DNA of 44,735 bases from the sequence record PZ166175.1; one strand, given 5' to 3'. A model generated the notes under the pieces. The model worked only from the letters and a program-made list of their open reading frames with translations. It searched no databases and had not been told where the DNA came from. The position numbers and the translations under genes were made by a program. This DNA comes from a phage. Position 1 is the stretch's first letter; each line of letters opens with the position of its first letter. Shown piece after piece: positions 34,977-44,042 of this stretch.

Positions 34977-35008
34977 ATAGAAAACCCGCCGAAGCGGGTT
35001 ATTTTTTT
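34977..35008. terminator. bidirectional terminator-like hairpin upstream of tape measure gene
   Basis: AACCCGC-cgaa-GCGGGTT with T-runs on both sides. Confidence 0.5.
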
Positions 35009-35310
35009 CTCAGGTTATCCATCATCTCAAGAGCCTTAGCTTCAAGGATGCGTAAATCGCTGAGTACCAATTCTTCTTCAGAAACATTATACACTCTAAA
35101 GAGGAAATTTAGCACGTTGTAATCTAGCCCTGTAGCTCCGTTAGCTCCGACTCTCCACTGCGTAGCCATTGAACAATAAATGTCCCACGCCTTCATCATG
35201 TTGTCGTCGAAGTGCAAAACCTCAGGCTCTTCGTCTTCGTAATCAGAGCGGCGCATCCCAATAGCTTCCAGTTCGGCATCTGTTGGCTCTGACTGGTACT
35301 GTAGATACAC
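34999..35310 (-). CDS. tail assembly chaperone, gpT-like frameshift extension
   Basis: ORF in the -1 frame relative to 35319..35633; slippery heptamer A_AAA_AAC at the junction. Confidence 0.6.
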   Translation of the reverse strand: MYLQYQSEPTDAELEAIGMRRSDYEDEEPEVLHFDDNMMKAWDIYCSMATQWRVGANGATGLDYNVLNFLFRVYNVSEEELVLSDLRILEAKALEMMDNLRKK

Positions 35311-35318
35311 CGCCCTCT

Positions 35319-35633
35319 TTAGTTTTTTACCCGCTGGCCTGCCAGTGCCTGCATATAAGCGGTAGTAAGTGCAACGGTTGAGGCTGGGAACAGGTCGGAG
35401 AACTCATTAACGTTATCCTCGTTGTATTCTTCTTCCAGATCCCAATCAGAAGCAATTGCCATGATAAGTTCTTTGGTGCTCAAATCTTCCTTGCTAAGCA
35501 ATTCCTGCAACTCAGATGTTTTCTTATGCTTGACTGTAAAGATAACCTCTACATCCTGGTCGTTAGCCAGCTTGAATTTTACCGGAAGCTTGAAGTCTGG
35601 CAGCGCCGCCAGTGAAAGTTTGAACTTTGCCAT
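35319..35633 (-). CDS. tail assembly chaperone (gpG-like)
   Basis: 104-aa acidic ORF between major tail and tape measure genes; ends ...GTA AAA AAC TAA. Confidence 0.6.
   Translation of the reverse strand: MAKFKLSLAALPDFKLPVKFKLANDQDVEVIFTVKHKKTSELQELLSKEDLSTKELIMAIASDWDLEEEYNEDNVNEFSDLFPASTVALTTAYMQALAGQRVKN
35322..35328 (-). other. programmed -1 ribosomal frameshift site A_AAA_AAC
   Basis: heptamer in zero-frame codons AAA AAC one codon before the gpG-like stop; -1 frame reads into 34999..35310. Confidence 0.6.
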
Positions 35634-35682
35634 CTTAGTTAATCCTCTTATTGTTTGTGAGTATGTATTCTATTACTTAGTT

Positions 35683-35920
35683 CTTTCTTTTGCAATCTTA
35701 GCGGCTGAGTCCTTACAAACCTCCTTGCCATATTTCATGATTTGGTCAACTTTACCACCCGCAAGTTCCTGGCATGCTCGCTCAGCCTTAGAAAATTCAA
35801 CAGTATATTTGTTTGCCTTGCTATTTGCACCAGCCTCGCCAGTTGGGTTAACAATCTGAACTACTGCATAAAAAGCAACCAGAACTGCAGCAAGCTTGAT
35901 AATTTTTTAACGTTATTCAT
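35683..35920 (-). pseudogene. small secreted-protein gene interrupted by a frameshift at an A6 run
   Basis: ATG after RBS AAGGAA gives MNNVKK then stops after 19 codons; the -1 frame continues for about 70 aa; one extra A restores an 85-aa signal-peptide ORF. Confidence 0.4.
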
Positions 35921-35924
35921 TTCT

Positions 35925-36000
35925 TAATTCCTTCATTTCGTTTCGATGAGTTAACTATACAGGAAGATTGCATTAACGCTTTAGCAAAAAGTGCCATGCA
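35925..36000 (-). promoter_or_regulatory. early promoter cassette inside the late operon
   Basis: minus sense: CACTTTTTGCTAAAG, 22 nt, TATAGT, TAACTCATCGAAAC. Confidence 0.45.
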
Positions 36001-36001
36001 A

Positions 36002-36024
36002 TAAAAAACCCTCCGAAGAGGGTT
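36002..36024 (-). terminator. rho-independent terminator downstream of major tail protein gene
   Basis: AACCCTC-cgaa-GAGGGTT followed by TTTTTTAT in minus sense. Confidence 0.6.
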
Positions 36025-36030
36025 TGTGCT

Positions 36031-36687
36031 TTAAACTTCAGCTGCCACAGAGGACAGACGACCACGAATGGATACAGCTATGGATACCGTTTCGATTTCG
36101 TTAACACCAATGGTAGGGGTGTCGTTGAAAGCGATAGTGCCGGACTGCAGACGCATTTCCTGAGCGCGAGGTACAAACAGACGAATAGCAACAACCTGGC
36201 CAGACTCATCGTAGTTACGCAGGACAGGATAAACCGGGTTAGTGTACTCATGAGCGAAGGTGAAGGTGTTCGTTACCGCAGATTTATAAGTAGGAATCTG
36301 CTGCTCACGGTCATCAGAAAGACACTGGAAGTTAACGAACTGCTGTTCGCCGCCATCAGTGGAAACGTCCTGAACGCACGGAACTTCGAACCATGAAGTA
36401 ATCTTAACAACCTCACCAGTTAAGCCAGCAGGGAACTTAGTGGTGTTGGAGGTATCAATACCTTCAACTGTTACCGAAGTGCCAGAAACTTCAGTTACTC
36501 TCACCTGCTTGTCGCTAAGTAGGGTTGAGCTGGAGGCGGTAAACAGAAGGTAGTCACCCTTAGCCAGGCCGGATCCGTCAGATACAGTTAAAACAGGGGT
36601 AGCTGCGTTAGAGATTGCAGTTACGTTAATTGCAGTTCCGCGAGATCCTTCTACGAAGACCTGCGTGCCATTTGATAAATGAGCCAT
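36031..36687 (-). CDS. major tail protein (putative)
   Basis: 218-aa ORF upstream of the chaperone pair with a strong terminator after it. Confidence 0.5.
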   Translation of the reverse strand: MAHLSNGTQVFVEGSRGTAINVTAISNAATPVLTVSDGSGLAKGDYLLFTASSSTLLSDKQVRVTEVSGTSVTVEGIDTSNTTKFPAGLTGEVVKITSWFEVPCVQDVSTDGGEQQFVNFQCLSDDREQQIPTYKSAVTNTFTFAHEYTNPVYPVLRNYDESGQVVAIRLFVPRAQEMRLQSGTIAFNDTPTIGVNEIETVSIAVSIRGRLSSVAAEV

Positions 36688-36702
36688 GTATTTTTCCTTT
36701 TG

Positions 36703-37104
36703 TTAGTCTAGACGAACATAAAAACGAACCGGGATAAACCACCCAGACTTGGATTTGATAACAGGGTTAACAACTCCAGACTCATAAATGGTCCCGCTGT
36801 CAAGCATTGTACCATCAACGATAGATTCTGCCAATTGATTAGCGATTTGCCTGGGTCTATCAATTCCAGTTCCCGGGCTGAAGAACACTGAAATCTGCAC
36901 CATTCCTACATAGTATTTACACTTCCTACTCAGTCCGTAGGTTACAGTGTCAACTTCCGTGTAGTCGTACTTAAGCCAGATTGACCCATCTGCCGGAGGT
37001 GTGAATGCAGCATTCTCCCACGCAACTGGATATCTGACCGGAAACTCACTCACCAGTAAATCATTGACGAATTTCCTTGCCGCTAATGATAATTCATATT
37101 GCAC
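36703..37104 (-). CDS. tail completion / tail terminator protein (putative)
   Basis: 133-aa ORF; assignment by position only. Confidence 0.4.
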   Translation of the reverse strand: MQYELSLAARKFVNDLLVSEFPVRYPVAWENAAFTPPADGSIWLKYDYTEVDTVTYGLSRKCKYYVGMVQISVFFSPGTGIDRPRQIANQLAESIVDGTMLDSGTIYESGVVNPVIKSKSGWFIPVRFYVRLD

Positions 37105-37531
37105 GACGAGCCTCCTCCACTGCTTCTTGGAAATACCTGCCTAACCTTGCCTGAACAACACCTAAAACACCTGCTGGAGCCTGATTTGATGCGCCATACT
37201 CAAGCCTAGCAGCATAATCAAGTCGGTTAGTTATATAAATAACGCTTGTGGCTTTTGAATTAGCAACTGCCATGGCTTGCCTGGCGAGGTATGTTTTCGT
37301 CTGCCCACCAGTCTGATCGTACTCATTGAGTGACTGATTGGCCGGTGAGTTTGCGGTGATTTGCCAGTTAGCCTTGAACCTACCAGTGTCGACAGGAGAT
37401 AGGTCTACAATTGCGTTAGCTGTTTTTGTGACTGTATTAGCCACTACAATCTCAAAACCACTTTCCGCTCTGTCAATCCAGTCAGCAATAGATTTCTCAA
37501 AAGTAACCACGCTTCCAATGTTTCTAGCCAT
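37094..37531 (-). CDS. neck/tail completion protein (putative)
   Basis: ORF track 37094..37708; start moved to MARNIGS... (ATG overlapping upstream stop) to avoid a 185-nt overlap. Confidence 0.4.
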   Translation of the reverse strand: MARNIGSVVTFEKSIADWIDRAESGFEIVVANTVTKTANAIVDLSPVDTGRFKANWQITANSPANQSLNEYDQTGGQTKTYLARQAMAVANSKATSVIYITNRLDYAARLEYGASNQAPAGVLGVVQARLGRYFQEAVEEARRAI

Positions 37532-37907
37532 AAGTAGCCACCCTACGAAGAATCGGTCTATACCCAACAACTGTTCCGGTTGGTTTAACGGGCCGTGGGT
37601 CAATAACAACAAAAGTCTCACCATCGACTTTAATCTGATAACCCTGCCTGATTTCAATCTGAGCCGTGAAGATTCCGCGCTTATCGCCAAACTGGATAAA
37701 CTCGCCATCGATATCTCGAGTCTTAATTTCTCGCACCAAACCTTTTAGTTGAAATGTTTGCGAAGGCACTTCAACCTCAACGCCGTTAACGATTTCAACA
37801 TATCCAGCGCCGGTACTCATTTCATAAACACCATTAGCATCACTAAAGAAGTTAATGCCAGCGCGAGTAATTGATTCGATTTCGTTGTAGTTCATCGGCA
37901 ACCGCAC
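37524..37907 (-). CDS. head-tail joining protein (putative)
   Basis: 127-aa ORF; position only. Confidence 0.4.
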   Translation of the reverse strand: MRLPMNYNEIESITRAGINFFSDANGVYEMSTGAGYVEIVNGVEVEVPSQTFQLKGLVREIKTRDIDGEFIQFGDKRGIFTAQIEIRQGYQIKVDGETFVVIDPRPVKPTGTVVGYRPILRRVATYG

Positions 37908-38308
37908 CCACCGCCACCAGCGGAAGTAATCAATCCAAAGCCGCCACCTTTCTTGCGGATAAGCGCCTTGTACATGCGACCCCAGGAGGAGGATGATAAA
38001 TCACCCTGGATTGCTGATTGGTTATCATAGGTTATAGAGAATTCACCGCTCAGTGCATAACTTGACATTCTACGGCTGTATGTTTCCAGGCCTTCATTCT
38101 CACCCTTAAATGCGCCATCAGCAAGCATCAGGTGTAGCGCATAAAGACCGACAGCCTTGTCTTTGTCTGCACCAAACTTGCTTTCGCATACATATAGACG
38201 TGCCAAATCAATCCATACATTAATTGCTTCGTCATCCACCGCTTTAAGCGCAGGAACAAGAGAGCGCATAAACGCCAAAATTGCATCATTCATATTAGCT
38301 CCATACAA
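37892..38308 (-). CDS. head-tail connector / head completion protein (putative)
   Basis: 138-aa ORF; Gly-rich Cys-containing C-terminus; position only. Confidence 0.4.
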   Translation of the reverse strand: MYGANMNDAILAFMRSLVPALKAVDDEAINVWIDLARLYVCESKFGADKDKAVGLYALHLMLADGAFKGENEGLETYSRRMSSYALSGEFSITYDNQSAIQGDLSSSSWGRMYKALIRKKGGGFGLITSAGGGGCGCR

Positions 38309-38334
38309 TAAAGGACGCCGAAGCGCCCTGTTTG

Positions 38335-38580
38335 TTATTTGTACTCGTTACCAGTCTCAGCTTCGGAGATGGTTTTCGGTTCTTTGCGCTTTTTCTTGCT
38401 AACAATCTCTTGCGCGATTTGCTTGGTTGCTTTAGCGTCACCTTCAATAGTGAGTTTACCCTCTGCGATTAAACGCTTGAGTCCGTCGCAAATTACATCA
38501 ACCTCGAGAGTGTCACCAGGTAAATATTTCTCACCCTTGTAAACGATAAGGCAAGCGCCAGTATGCTCTAAACGAATCAT
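38335..38580 (-). CDS. hypothetical protein (81 aa)
   Basis: ORF track; between capsid gene terminator and connector genes. Confidence 0.4.
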   Translation of the reverse strand: MIRLEHTGACLIVYKGEKYLPGDTLEVDVICDGLKRLIAEGKLTIEGDAKATKQIAQEIVSKKKRKEPKTISEAETGNEYK

Positions 38581-38644
38581 TTTTGTCTCCTTTGTTTATC
38601 TGATTGAGTGATTATAACCCAACAATTCCATTTGGTACAGACGT

Positions 38645-38668
38645 AAAAAAAAGCCCTCCGAAGAGGGC
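38645..38668 (-). terminator. rho-independent terminator downstream of major capsid protein gene
   Basis: GCCCTC-cgaa-GAGGGC followed by T8 in minus sense. Confidence 0.65.
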
Positions 38669-38674
38669 GATTTA

Positions 38675-39616
38675 TTACTCGAAGGTAATACCCTTCATTA
38701 CAGCCATCGTCAGTGGACGATAAACAATCAAACCTGTAGCTTTTGATGTTACAGGGTACTTAAAGTGCAAGTCCTTGGGTTGCCCAGGAAGTACGTTAGT
38801 AGCTTCTGGAATCTCAATAGACATATTGAGTGGATTCTTTTCAAACGCCAGAGCAGCCTTGCCACCTGCGCCATCGTAGTTGTCCAGGAATTGAAGATAA
38901 CGCAGATTGATACCCGAGTTGTTGGTAGCGAACAGCTGCGCGTAACTGATAGAGGTGTTGGGAACCAGCTCTTGCATCATGCGGCGAGCGGAAGCAGGCA
39001 GCAAGATATCAGTTGCGGTGTGAGTGCCATTGGTCGAAGTCTCGATTGCATCAATAAGTGCGGTGATATCATTCATGGCAGCAGCTGCGGAGTTCCACGT
39101 ACCAGCAACAACGTTGTTGATGTTCGGATGGTCAAATACGCTCACGATACCGTGCGGAGAGGAACCAGACCAAACCAGTTTATCAAGCAGGTTGTCGTGA
39201 GCTTCGAAAGCCAATGCCTGTTTGCGAGTCGACAGAGACTGACCAGTTGCGGCGCCAGCTTTAATTTCATCAGTAGAAATCAGGAATGCGTTACCGAAAC
39301 GGAAAACTTTACCCTGTTTCTCAGTCATGAAGGCATCAACCAGCGGCAAGTCGTCAGAGTAATCAGCGATAATCTGAGCAATGCCAGCACCATCAAATTC
39401 TGGGTATTCGAAATACTTCGCGTGACCAGGAATTTCATTTGTTACAGGGAAGATATTAACAACTGAGTTTTCTGCGTATTCTTTTTCGTAAGCGCGATTC
39501 AGAGCAGCGGTAAGCTGGCTAACAGTCCAGACACCAGCGGCATCTGCTTTATCTACGCCCATTTGCTCGAGGTGAGCGGTGATTTTTGCTTGCTCTGCAT
39601 CAAATTTAATGGCCAT
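38675..39616 (-). CDS. major capsid protein (putative)
   Basis: 313-aa ORF in the head module, followed by a strong terminator; assignment by size and position. Confidence 0.6.
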   Translation of the reverse strand: MAIKFDAEQAKITAHLEQMGVDKADAAGVWTVSQLTAALNRAYEKEYAENSVVNIFPVTNEIPGHAKYFEYPEFDGAGIAQIIADYSDDLPLVDAFMTEKQGKVFRFGNAFLISTDEIKAGAATGQSLSTRKQALAFEAHDNLLDKLVWSGSSPHGIVSVFDHPNINNVVAGTWNSAAAAMNDITALIDAIETSTNGTHTATDILLPASARRMMQELVPNTSISYAQLFATNNSGINLRYLQFLDNYDGAGGKAALAFEKNPLNMSIEIPEATNVLPGQPKDLHFKYPVTSKATGLIVYRPLTMAVMKGITFE

Positions 39617-39708
39617 TCTTTATTGTTCCTTTTCAGTTATGTGTATACGGATTCATTATACAGTAGGGCGACCGCAAATCAACAGATAAGTTAGTCGCCC
39701 ATAATTCG

Positions 39709-40281
39709 TTAGCTCGCGATGATCTTAGCTACGCGAAGCTGAGCGAGAAGGTCGTTTAGCTTAGCGCCTACTGCGTTAACTGCCGTGGTAGCTGAGGTGG
39801 CTACCTCTGAGGCTTCAGCGCCAGTCACGCCCTGGATCCCAACGTCATCGACAGCCGAACCTGCAACAAACTTATTGCCAGGCATAGCTTGGTTTTCACC
39901 AGTGCCAACAATCGGGGCAAAAGTGGCTGGTTTTCCGGTTACGTCAGCCCAAGATACTGAAACAGCACCGCCTGAACTTCCTTTATATGCGTAAGCAAAG
40001 AATTGACCCGCCGACAGGCTCAGGCTTGATGTGTCAATGGTAAATCCGTCATTAGACGCGGCCTCAATGGCTTCGAACAGCTTGCGCATATTTGTGGAGG
40101 TGATCACCTTGGCTTCAGTGATTGAACTATCAGCTCCCTTGGCAACAACGATGGAATATGACTGAGAGCCATTTACCGTGATTTTGCTTACTGGCTGAAA
40201 GCCTGCCGTTATAGCCGCTTTCAATAGTGCATTGAATCGTCCGCTATCTGCGTTGATAGCCTTAACTTCGGTGTAAGCCAT
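39709..40281 (-). CDS. hypothetical head-associated protein (190 aa)
   Basis: ORF track; Ala/Ser/Gly-rich. Confidence 0.4.
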   Translation of the reverse strand: MAYTEVKAINADSGRFNALLKAAITAGFQPVSKITVNGSQSYSIVVAKGADSSITEAKVITSTNMRKLFEAIEAASNDGFTIDTSSLSLSAGQFFAYAYKGSSGGAVSVSWADVTGKPATFAPIVGTGENQAMPGNKFVAGSAVDDVGIQGVTGAEASEVATSATTAVNAVGAKLNDLLAQLRVAKIIAS

Positions 40282-40336
40282 GATTTATCTCCTTTTCTAA
40301 GTGACAATTGAATATAACATAGGCGTAATTTGATTA

Positions 40337-40359
40337 CAAAAAAACCTCCCGAAGGAGGC
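40337..40359 (-). terminator. rho-independent terminator downstream of the 169-aa head gene
   Basis: CCTCC-cgaa-GGAGG followed by T7 in minus sense. Confidence 0.6.
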
Positions 40360-40376
40360 TTTATATATCTTAATTA

Positions 40377-40886
40377 TTAAGCTGCAACAGTTGAGTCTGC
40401 GGATTGAATAAGCTGAACTTCAACTAGTGCGCCATCAACGCTTAGATCTTGCGGGTCTGTGCCCTTGTTTTTGATGTAACCACCAGCAAATGTAAAACCA
40501 GTCTCCCAAGTAGTGGTGGCAGCCTTAGCAGCAACAACACCACTCGAGTTTACGTAAACCTTGCTACCAAAGTCCGGCGCAGCATCTAGAGTTGTACGAA
40601 CCCAGATTCGACCATGAGTCATTACGTTAACCGCTTCTTTTACGCGAGCTGTGCCATCTGGAGTCTCGTAATGAGATTTAACAACAACACCATAAGGTTT
40701 AACTGCCGTGCCAGTTACGACTGGGAGTCCAACAACCTTGTGACCATCTACAGGCTGAGCGGATGTAACGCCAACAAAAGTGCCAACCTGAATTGGTGCT
40801 GCACCGCCAACCACACAAGCGCCGTCGATGTTATACAGAGAAGTATCGGAAACCATACCAGCCAGTGCTACGGAACGAATTGCCAT
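40377..40886 (-). CDS. hypothetical abundant head protein (decoration-type candidate)
   Basis: 169-aa ORF followed by its own terminator. Confidence 0.4.
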   Translation of the reverse strand: MAIRSVALAGMVSDTSLYNIDGACVVGGAAPIQVGTFVGVTSAQPVDGHKVVGLPVVTGTAVKPYGVVVKSHYETPDGTARVKEAVNVMTHGRIWVRTTLDAAPDFGSKVYVNSSGVVAAKAATTTWETGFTFAGGYIKNKGTDPQDLSVDGALVEVQLIQSADSTVAA

Positions 40887-40898
40887 GTTTATAACTCC

Positions 40899-41984
40899 TT
40901 ATTTCTTAATTTTAGCTAAACGAGCACGCGGGTCTAATTTCTTAGGCTCATTGGCGCTGTCATATTTGTCGGAAGCGGTAGTCGCTTTACGTACTTCAGC
41001 CATTTTATCAGATTCTTTGGCAATGTCGAACGCTGCGTCGATGTACGCGTCAGACTTCTCGGAAACATCAAGGCCGGAGACTTCTTTAACGTAAGCAACT
41101 TTAATGCCTTTAGCATCCAGACCGTCAGCCTTAACACCAGCCTCAGCAGCAACAGCAACCAGGGCGGCAAGGGCATCAGCGTCAGCTTTCGCTTTAGCCA
41201 CGGCAGCTTCGATTTCAGCAGGCATTGCATCAACTTTAGCTTTCAGTGCATCGCGCTCAGCAATTGCGGTGTCAGCCTTTGCGTTCAGCGCTTCGATGTG
41301 AGAAGCGATTTCCGGGGCGACCTCAAATTCCTGTGCGCCGTCGAGTTTAATCTTAATCATTTCCTGTTTATCCTCTTTATTGATATCAACGTCAGTAGTA
41401 TACGGGTTTTCCTGCTCACCGTCCATATTCAATTTGGCAATACCTGCTCGACCTCTATATACCATTGCGAGATGGTTCACTTTAATGTCACGCTGAATTG
41501 CGTCGAACTCCTGCCAACCATCTGGCACATCGAATTGCTCACCATCAGACTTAAGTACGTACTCGCCAGTAATAGGATCACCCCAGCCAGGGGTTTCGTC
41601 AAGAATTGCAGAGTAACCAACGGATAACTCCTTGGCGTTACCTGCCATAGCTTCCTGAATGGCTGTGTTATCGTAAACAACAATCGGAGCAACCACTGAG
41701 CTACCTAATGGCTCAGCTTTGCCAGTAACGGAACCTACCACCACCTCTTTAGCGTTCTCTGAGTTAACGAAAACATGGTCAAGAGTCATTGGCTTACCCT
41801 GGTAACTTTCCAGAGATTCATCCTTGAAAACCTCCTCGGCTGGGCGAAACTCTCGAACCGTGCGACCGTCATCCATGTAGTAGACTTGCACGCCGAGACG
41901 TGCGACCACTGGTGTATCGACTAAGAAACCGTTCTCGTCAATTGTTGCTTTAAACTTTACACTGTCATAGCGGGTTTTACACAT
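40899..41984 (-). CDS. scaffolding-like protein with Ala/Lys-rich coiled-coil C-terminus
   Basis: ORF track 40899..41999 (GTG); start moved to MCKTRYD... after RBS GAGGAGG. Confidence 0.45.
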   Translation of the reverse strand: MCKTRYDSVKFKATIDENGFLVDTPVVARLGVQVYYMDDGRTVREFRPAEEVFKDESLESYQGKPMTLDHVFVNSENAKEVVVGSVTGKAEPLGSSVVAPIVVYDNTAIQEAMAGNAKELSVGYSAILDETPGWGDPITGEYVLKSDGEQFDVPDGWQEFDAIQRDIKVNHLAMVYRGRAGIAKLNMDGEQENPYTTDVDINKEDKQEMIKIKLDGAQEFEVAPEIASHIEALNAKADTAIAERDALKAKVDAMPAEIEAAVAKAKADADALAALVAVAAEAGVKADGLDAKGIKVAYVKEVSGLDVSEKSDAYIDAAFDIAKESDKMAEVRKATTASDKYDSANEPKKLDPRARLAKIKK

Positions 41985-42032
41985 CCCAATCCTCCTCACT
42001 AAAAGCCATCAAATTCATCATTTATCCTCACA

Positions 42033-42761
42033 TTATGATTCCCAATCAGGAACTGACCAGCAACGACAACCGTATTCTTGACCTGGAAATATATCAGCGC
42101 CACCAAGTTTAAAGCTAAGACCTTCTCTCGCTATATGCGATTGTCGCTCTCTTTCATCTAGCATTCCATGCCAGACGTATCGGCTAACACCAGCATCCTC
42201 AAGCCTGCGTCTCATAAGTGTTGAGTTCAGACTTGAGACAATTCCAGATGCAATATTTGCCGTTCGCTTCCTGTATGTTTTGTACCTATCGGATAACTTA
42301 ACGTAGTCCCCACTCTGGATTGTTGACGCCGTCTGCAAAAAGTCATCTTTAATGTTATTCAGCAATTTAATCACTGACTTGTTTGTGGTGTAAACCCACT
42401 GATTAAGGTCATCATTATACCAAGGCTCATCGCCATTGATGCCATTAACTTCAAGGTCTAGAACGCTAGGGTTTGACCTTCCACCGGTCTTAATTGCAAG
42501 CACAAGAAATTGAGAGCTATTGTATCTGTATATAGCTGCACCTATGGCTGGGATGGTTGATATAAATGAAGACACCAGTGCCGCAATTACCCCGTCAAGA
42601 TATCCTTCCTCTTCCTCCAGCTCCTCTGCAGTATCAATTTTAAGTCTTGTTGCTGATTCCCTCATTGCTGAAATTAGCTCAGTTACCGCAATGCTAAGAT
42701 TGCGGTTTACCTGGCTCTCAATTGTCTGTGGGTACTTCCAGCGGGTCATTACTGGTTTCAC
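42033..42761 (-). CDS. head morphogenesis protein (Mu F / SPP1 gp7-like)
   Basis: 242-aa ORF directly downstream of portal; C-terminal motif RQSHIAREG...FPGQEYGCRCW; start may be internal because it overlaps the portal gene. Confidence 0.55.
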   Translation of the reverse strand: MKPVMTRWKYPQTIESQVNRNLSIAVTELISAMRESATRLKIDTAEELEEEEGYLDGVIAALVSSFISTIPAIGAAIYRYNSSQFLVLAIKTGGRSNPSVLDLEVNGINGDEPWYNDDLNQWVYTTNKSVIKLLNNIKDDFLQTASTIQSGDYVKLSDRYKTYRKRTANIASGIVSSLNSTLMRRRLEDAGVSRYVWHGMLDERERQSHIAREGLSFKLGGADIFPGQEYGCRCWSVPDWES

Positions 42762-43986
42762 TAATTGTCACCTCTGTTTCTACTGAACCGTCACTAATCT
42801 TAACCTCTGGAGCGATTGTGCGCAATGTGTCTCTTGCCTCATCAATATCCATAGCGCCAGCTGCAATTAGTGTCGCAATGCTGTTTACGTTCTTCTCAAG
42901 AATCTCGGCCTTATCCTTACTTGATTCCTGCGCTAGGGGATAAAACTCAACTGACCATTCGTCAACGTTAACAATGAACGGGATTAGGAACTCAAGAATA
43001 GGAAGCAGTTCAGAGTTACGCTTGCGGTCAATTAGCTTGTGGAATGTCTCCAGCGCTGTATTCTGGCTTGAGGATACGCCGCCAACGTTCTTATTCTTCA
43101 GGATAATCTCATGAATACCGCTCAGCGCAACAATTCTGTCAAACTTCTTATCCAGGAACGCATCAATCCCGCCAATATCAGAGTTTAGAATGCTATACTC
43201 TTCAGATTCCGCGTCAATGCCAATCGCCTGACCAACGCCGCTATTGTTGTCAACCTGCGCAAGTCGTAATCTTGCAGCGCCAAACCCTTCGCTATCATCA
43301 CACAACTCAGCCAAGCCTTTCGCTTTCCACACTGCTTGCTGCTTTCGTCTCAGTAGTTGGGTAGCGAGTCTTTCGCAGTTGGTGTAATCCTTGATTGAGT
43401 CAAGAATATCACTGGATAGAACGCTTCGGCCCCAGCCATCATTCTGCCGACGCATTGCGTTAGGAATTCGCTCTCCGCCAATGATGTGAATTCTGCTGTA
43501 GTGTACATCATAGAACATATCGCTCTCATCAGTGGTGATTCGATAGGTTAGTGGCTTGCCAAAACGTGCGTTGCGGGGATTCTCTTCGCGAGTTTGTACT
43601 TTTACTTGAGTACGGTCGTAAACGCGAACGGTTTCAAGCTCAGCACCTTCTCTGACCGGACTTGTTAGCGCCCTATTGTCCTTAACGATAGCTACAATTG
43701 CAGCCCCACCGAATAATCTAGCCCACGACCATGCGTCGTTAATATTCTGCGTCATTTCTAGGTCATCCCAGCGAGACCAGAATGCAGGCTCATCATCAAT
43801 ACCATCAATGTGGAATCCTGCCGCTAATGCTGTCTCAGGGATTGTGTCGATAATTCTACGCACTATGGCATTATTTGCATAAAGCGAACCCAGAATTGTA
43901 GGTTCCTGATTCTGTAAGCTCCCGTAAATCTCACTACCATCACTGTCGCCGAGAAATATATTGGCGTAGCTGTCTGTCTTGACCAT
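42718..43986 (-). CDS. portal protein
   Basis: ORF track 42718..43998 (TTG); start moved to MVKTDSY... after GGAGAAAAAC; size and position after TerL. Confidence 0.65.
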   Translation of the reverse strand: MVKTDSYANIFLGDSDGSEIYGSLQNQEPTILGSLYANNAIVRRIIDTIPETALAAGFHIDGIDDEPAFWSRWDDLEMTQNINDAWSWARLFGGAAIVAIVKDNRALTSPVREGAELETVRVYDRTQVKVQTREENPRNARFGKPLTYRITTDESDMFYDVHYSRIHIIGGERIPNAMRRQNDGWGRSVLSSDILDSIKDYTNCERLATQLLRRKQQAVWKAKGLAELCDDSEGFGAARLRLAQVDNNSGVGQAIGIDAESEEYSILNSDIGGIDAFLDKKFDRIVALSGIHEIILKNKNVGGVSSSQNTALETFHKLIDRKRNSELLPILEFLIPFIVNVDEWSVEFYPLAQESSKDKAEILEKNVNSIATLIAAGAMDIDEARDTLRTIAPEVKISDGSVETEVTISETSNDPLEVPTDN

Positions 43987-43997
43987 GTTTTTCTCCA

Positions 43998-44021
43998 ATA
44001 AAAAAGCCCCATGTAGGGGCT
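43998..44021 (-). terminator. rho-independent terminator between the inserted gene and portal
   Basis: AGCCCC-atgta-GGGGCT followed by TTTTTTATT in minus sense. Confidence 0.55.
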
Positions 44022-44042
44022 AGTTTATCACACGGCTTTTAA

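Noticed and set aside
37094-37708. Full-length 204-aa version of the ORF overlapping the upstream gene by 185 nt
   Set aside because: An internal ATG overlapping the upstream stop (ATGGCTAG) gives a compact coupled arrangement; the long N-terminal extension is probably not translated.
38765-39466. 233-aa plus-strand ORF inside the major capsid protein gene
   Set aside because: Antisense to a well-supported minus-strand structural gene, with no RBS or promoter signal; typical shadow ORF.
41104-41301. Ala-rich 65-aa plus-strand ORF
   Set aside because: Mirror image of the Ala/Lys-rich coiled-coil coding region of the scaffold-like gene on the minus strand.
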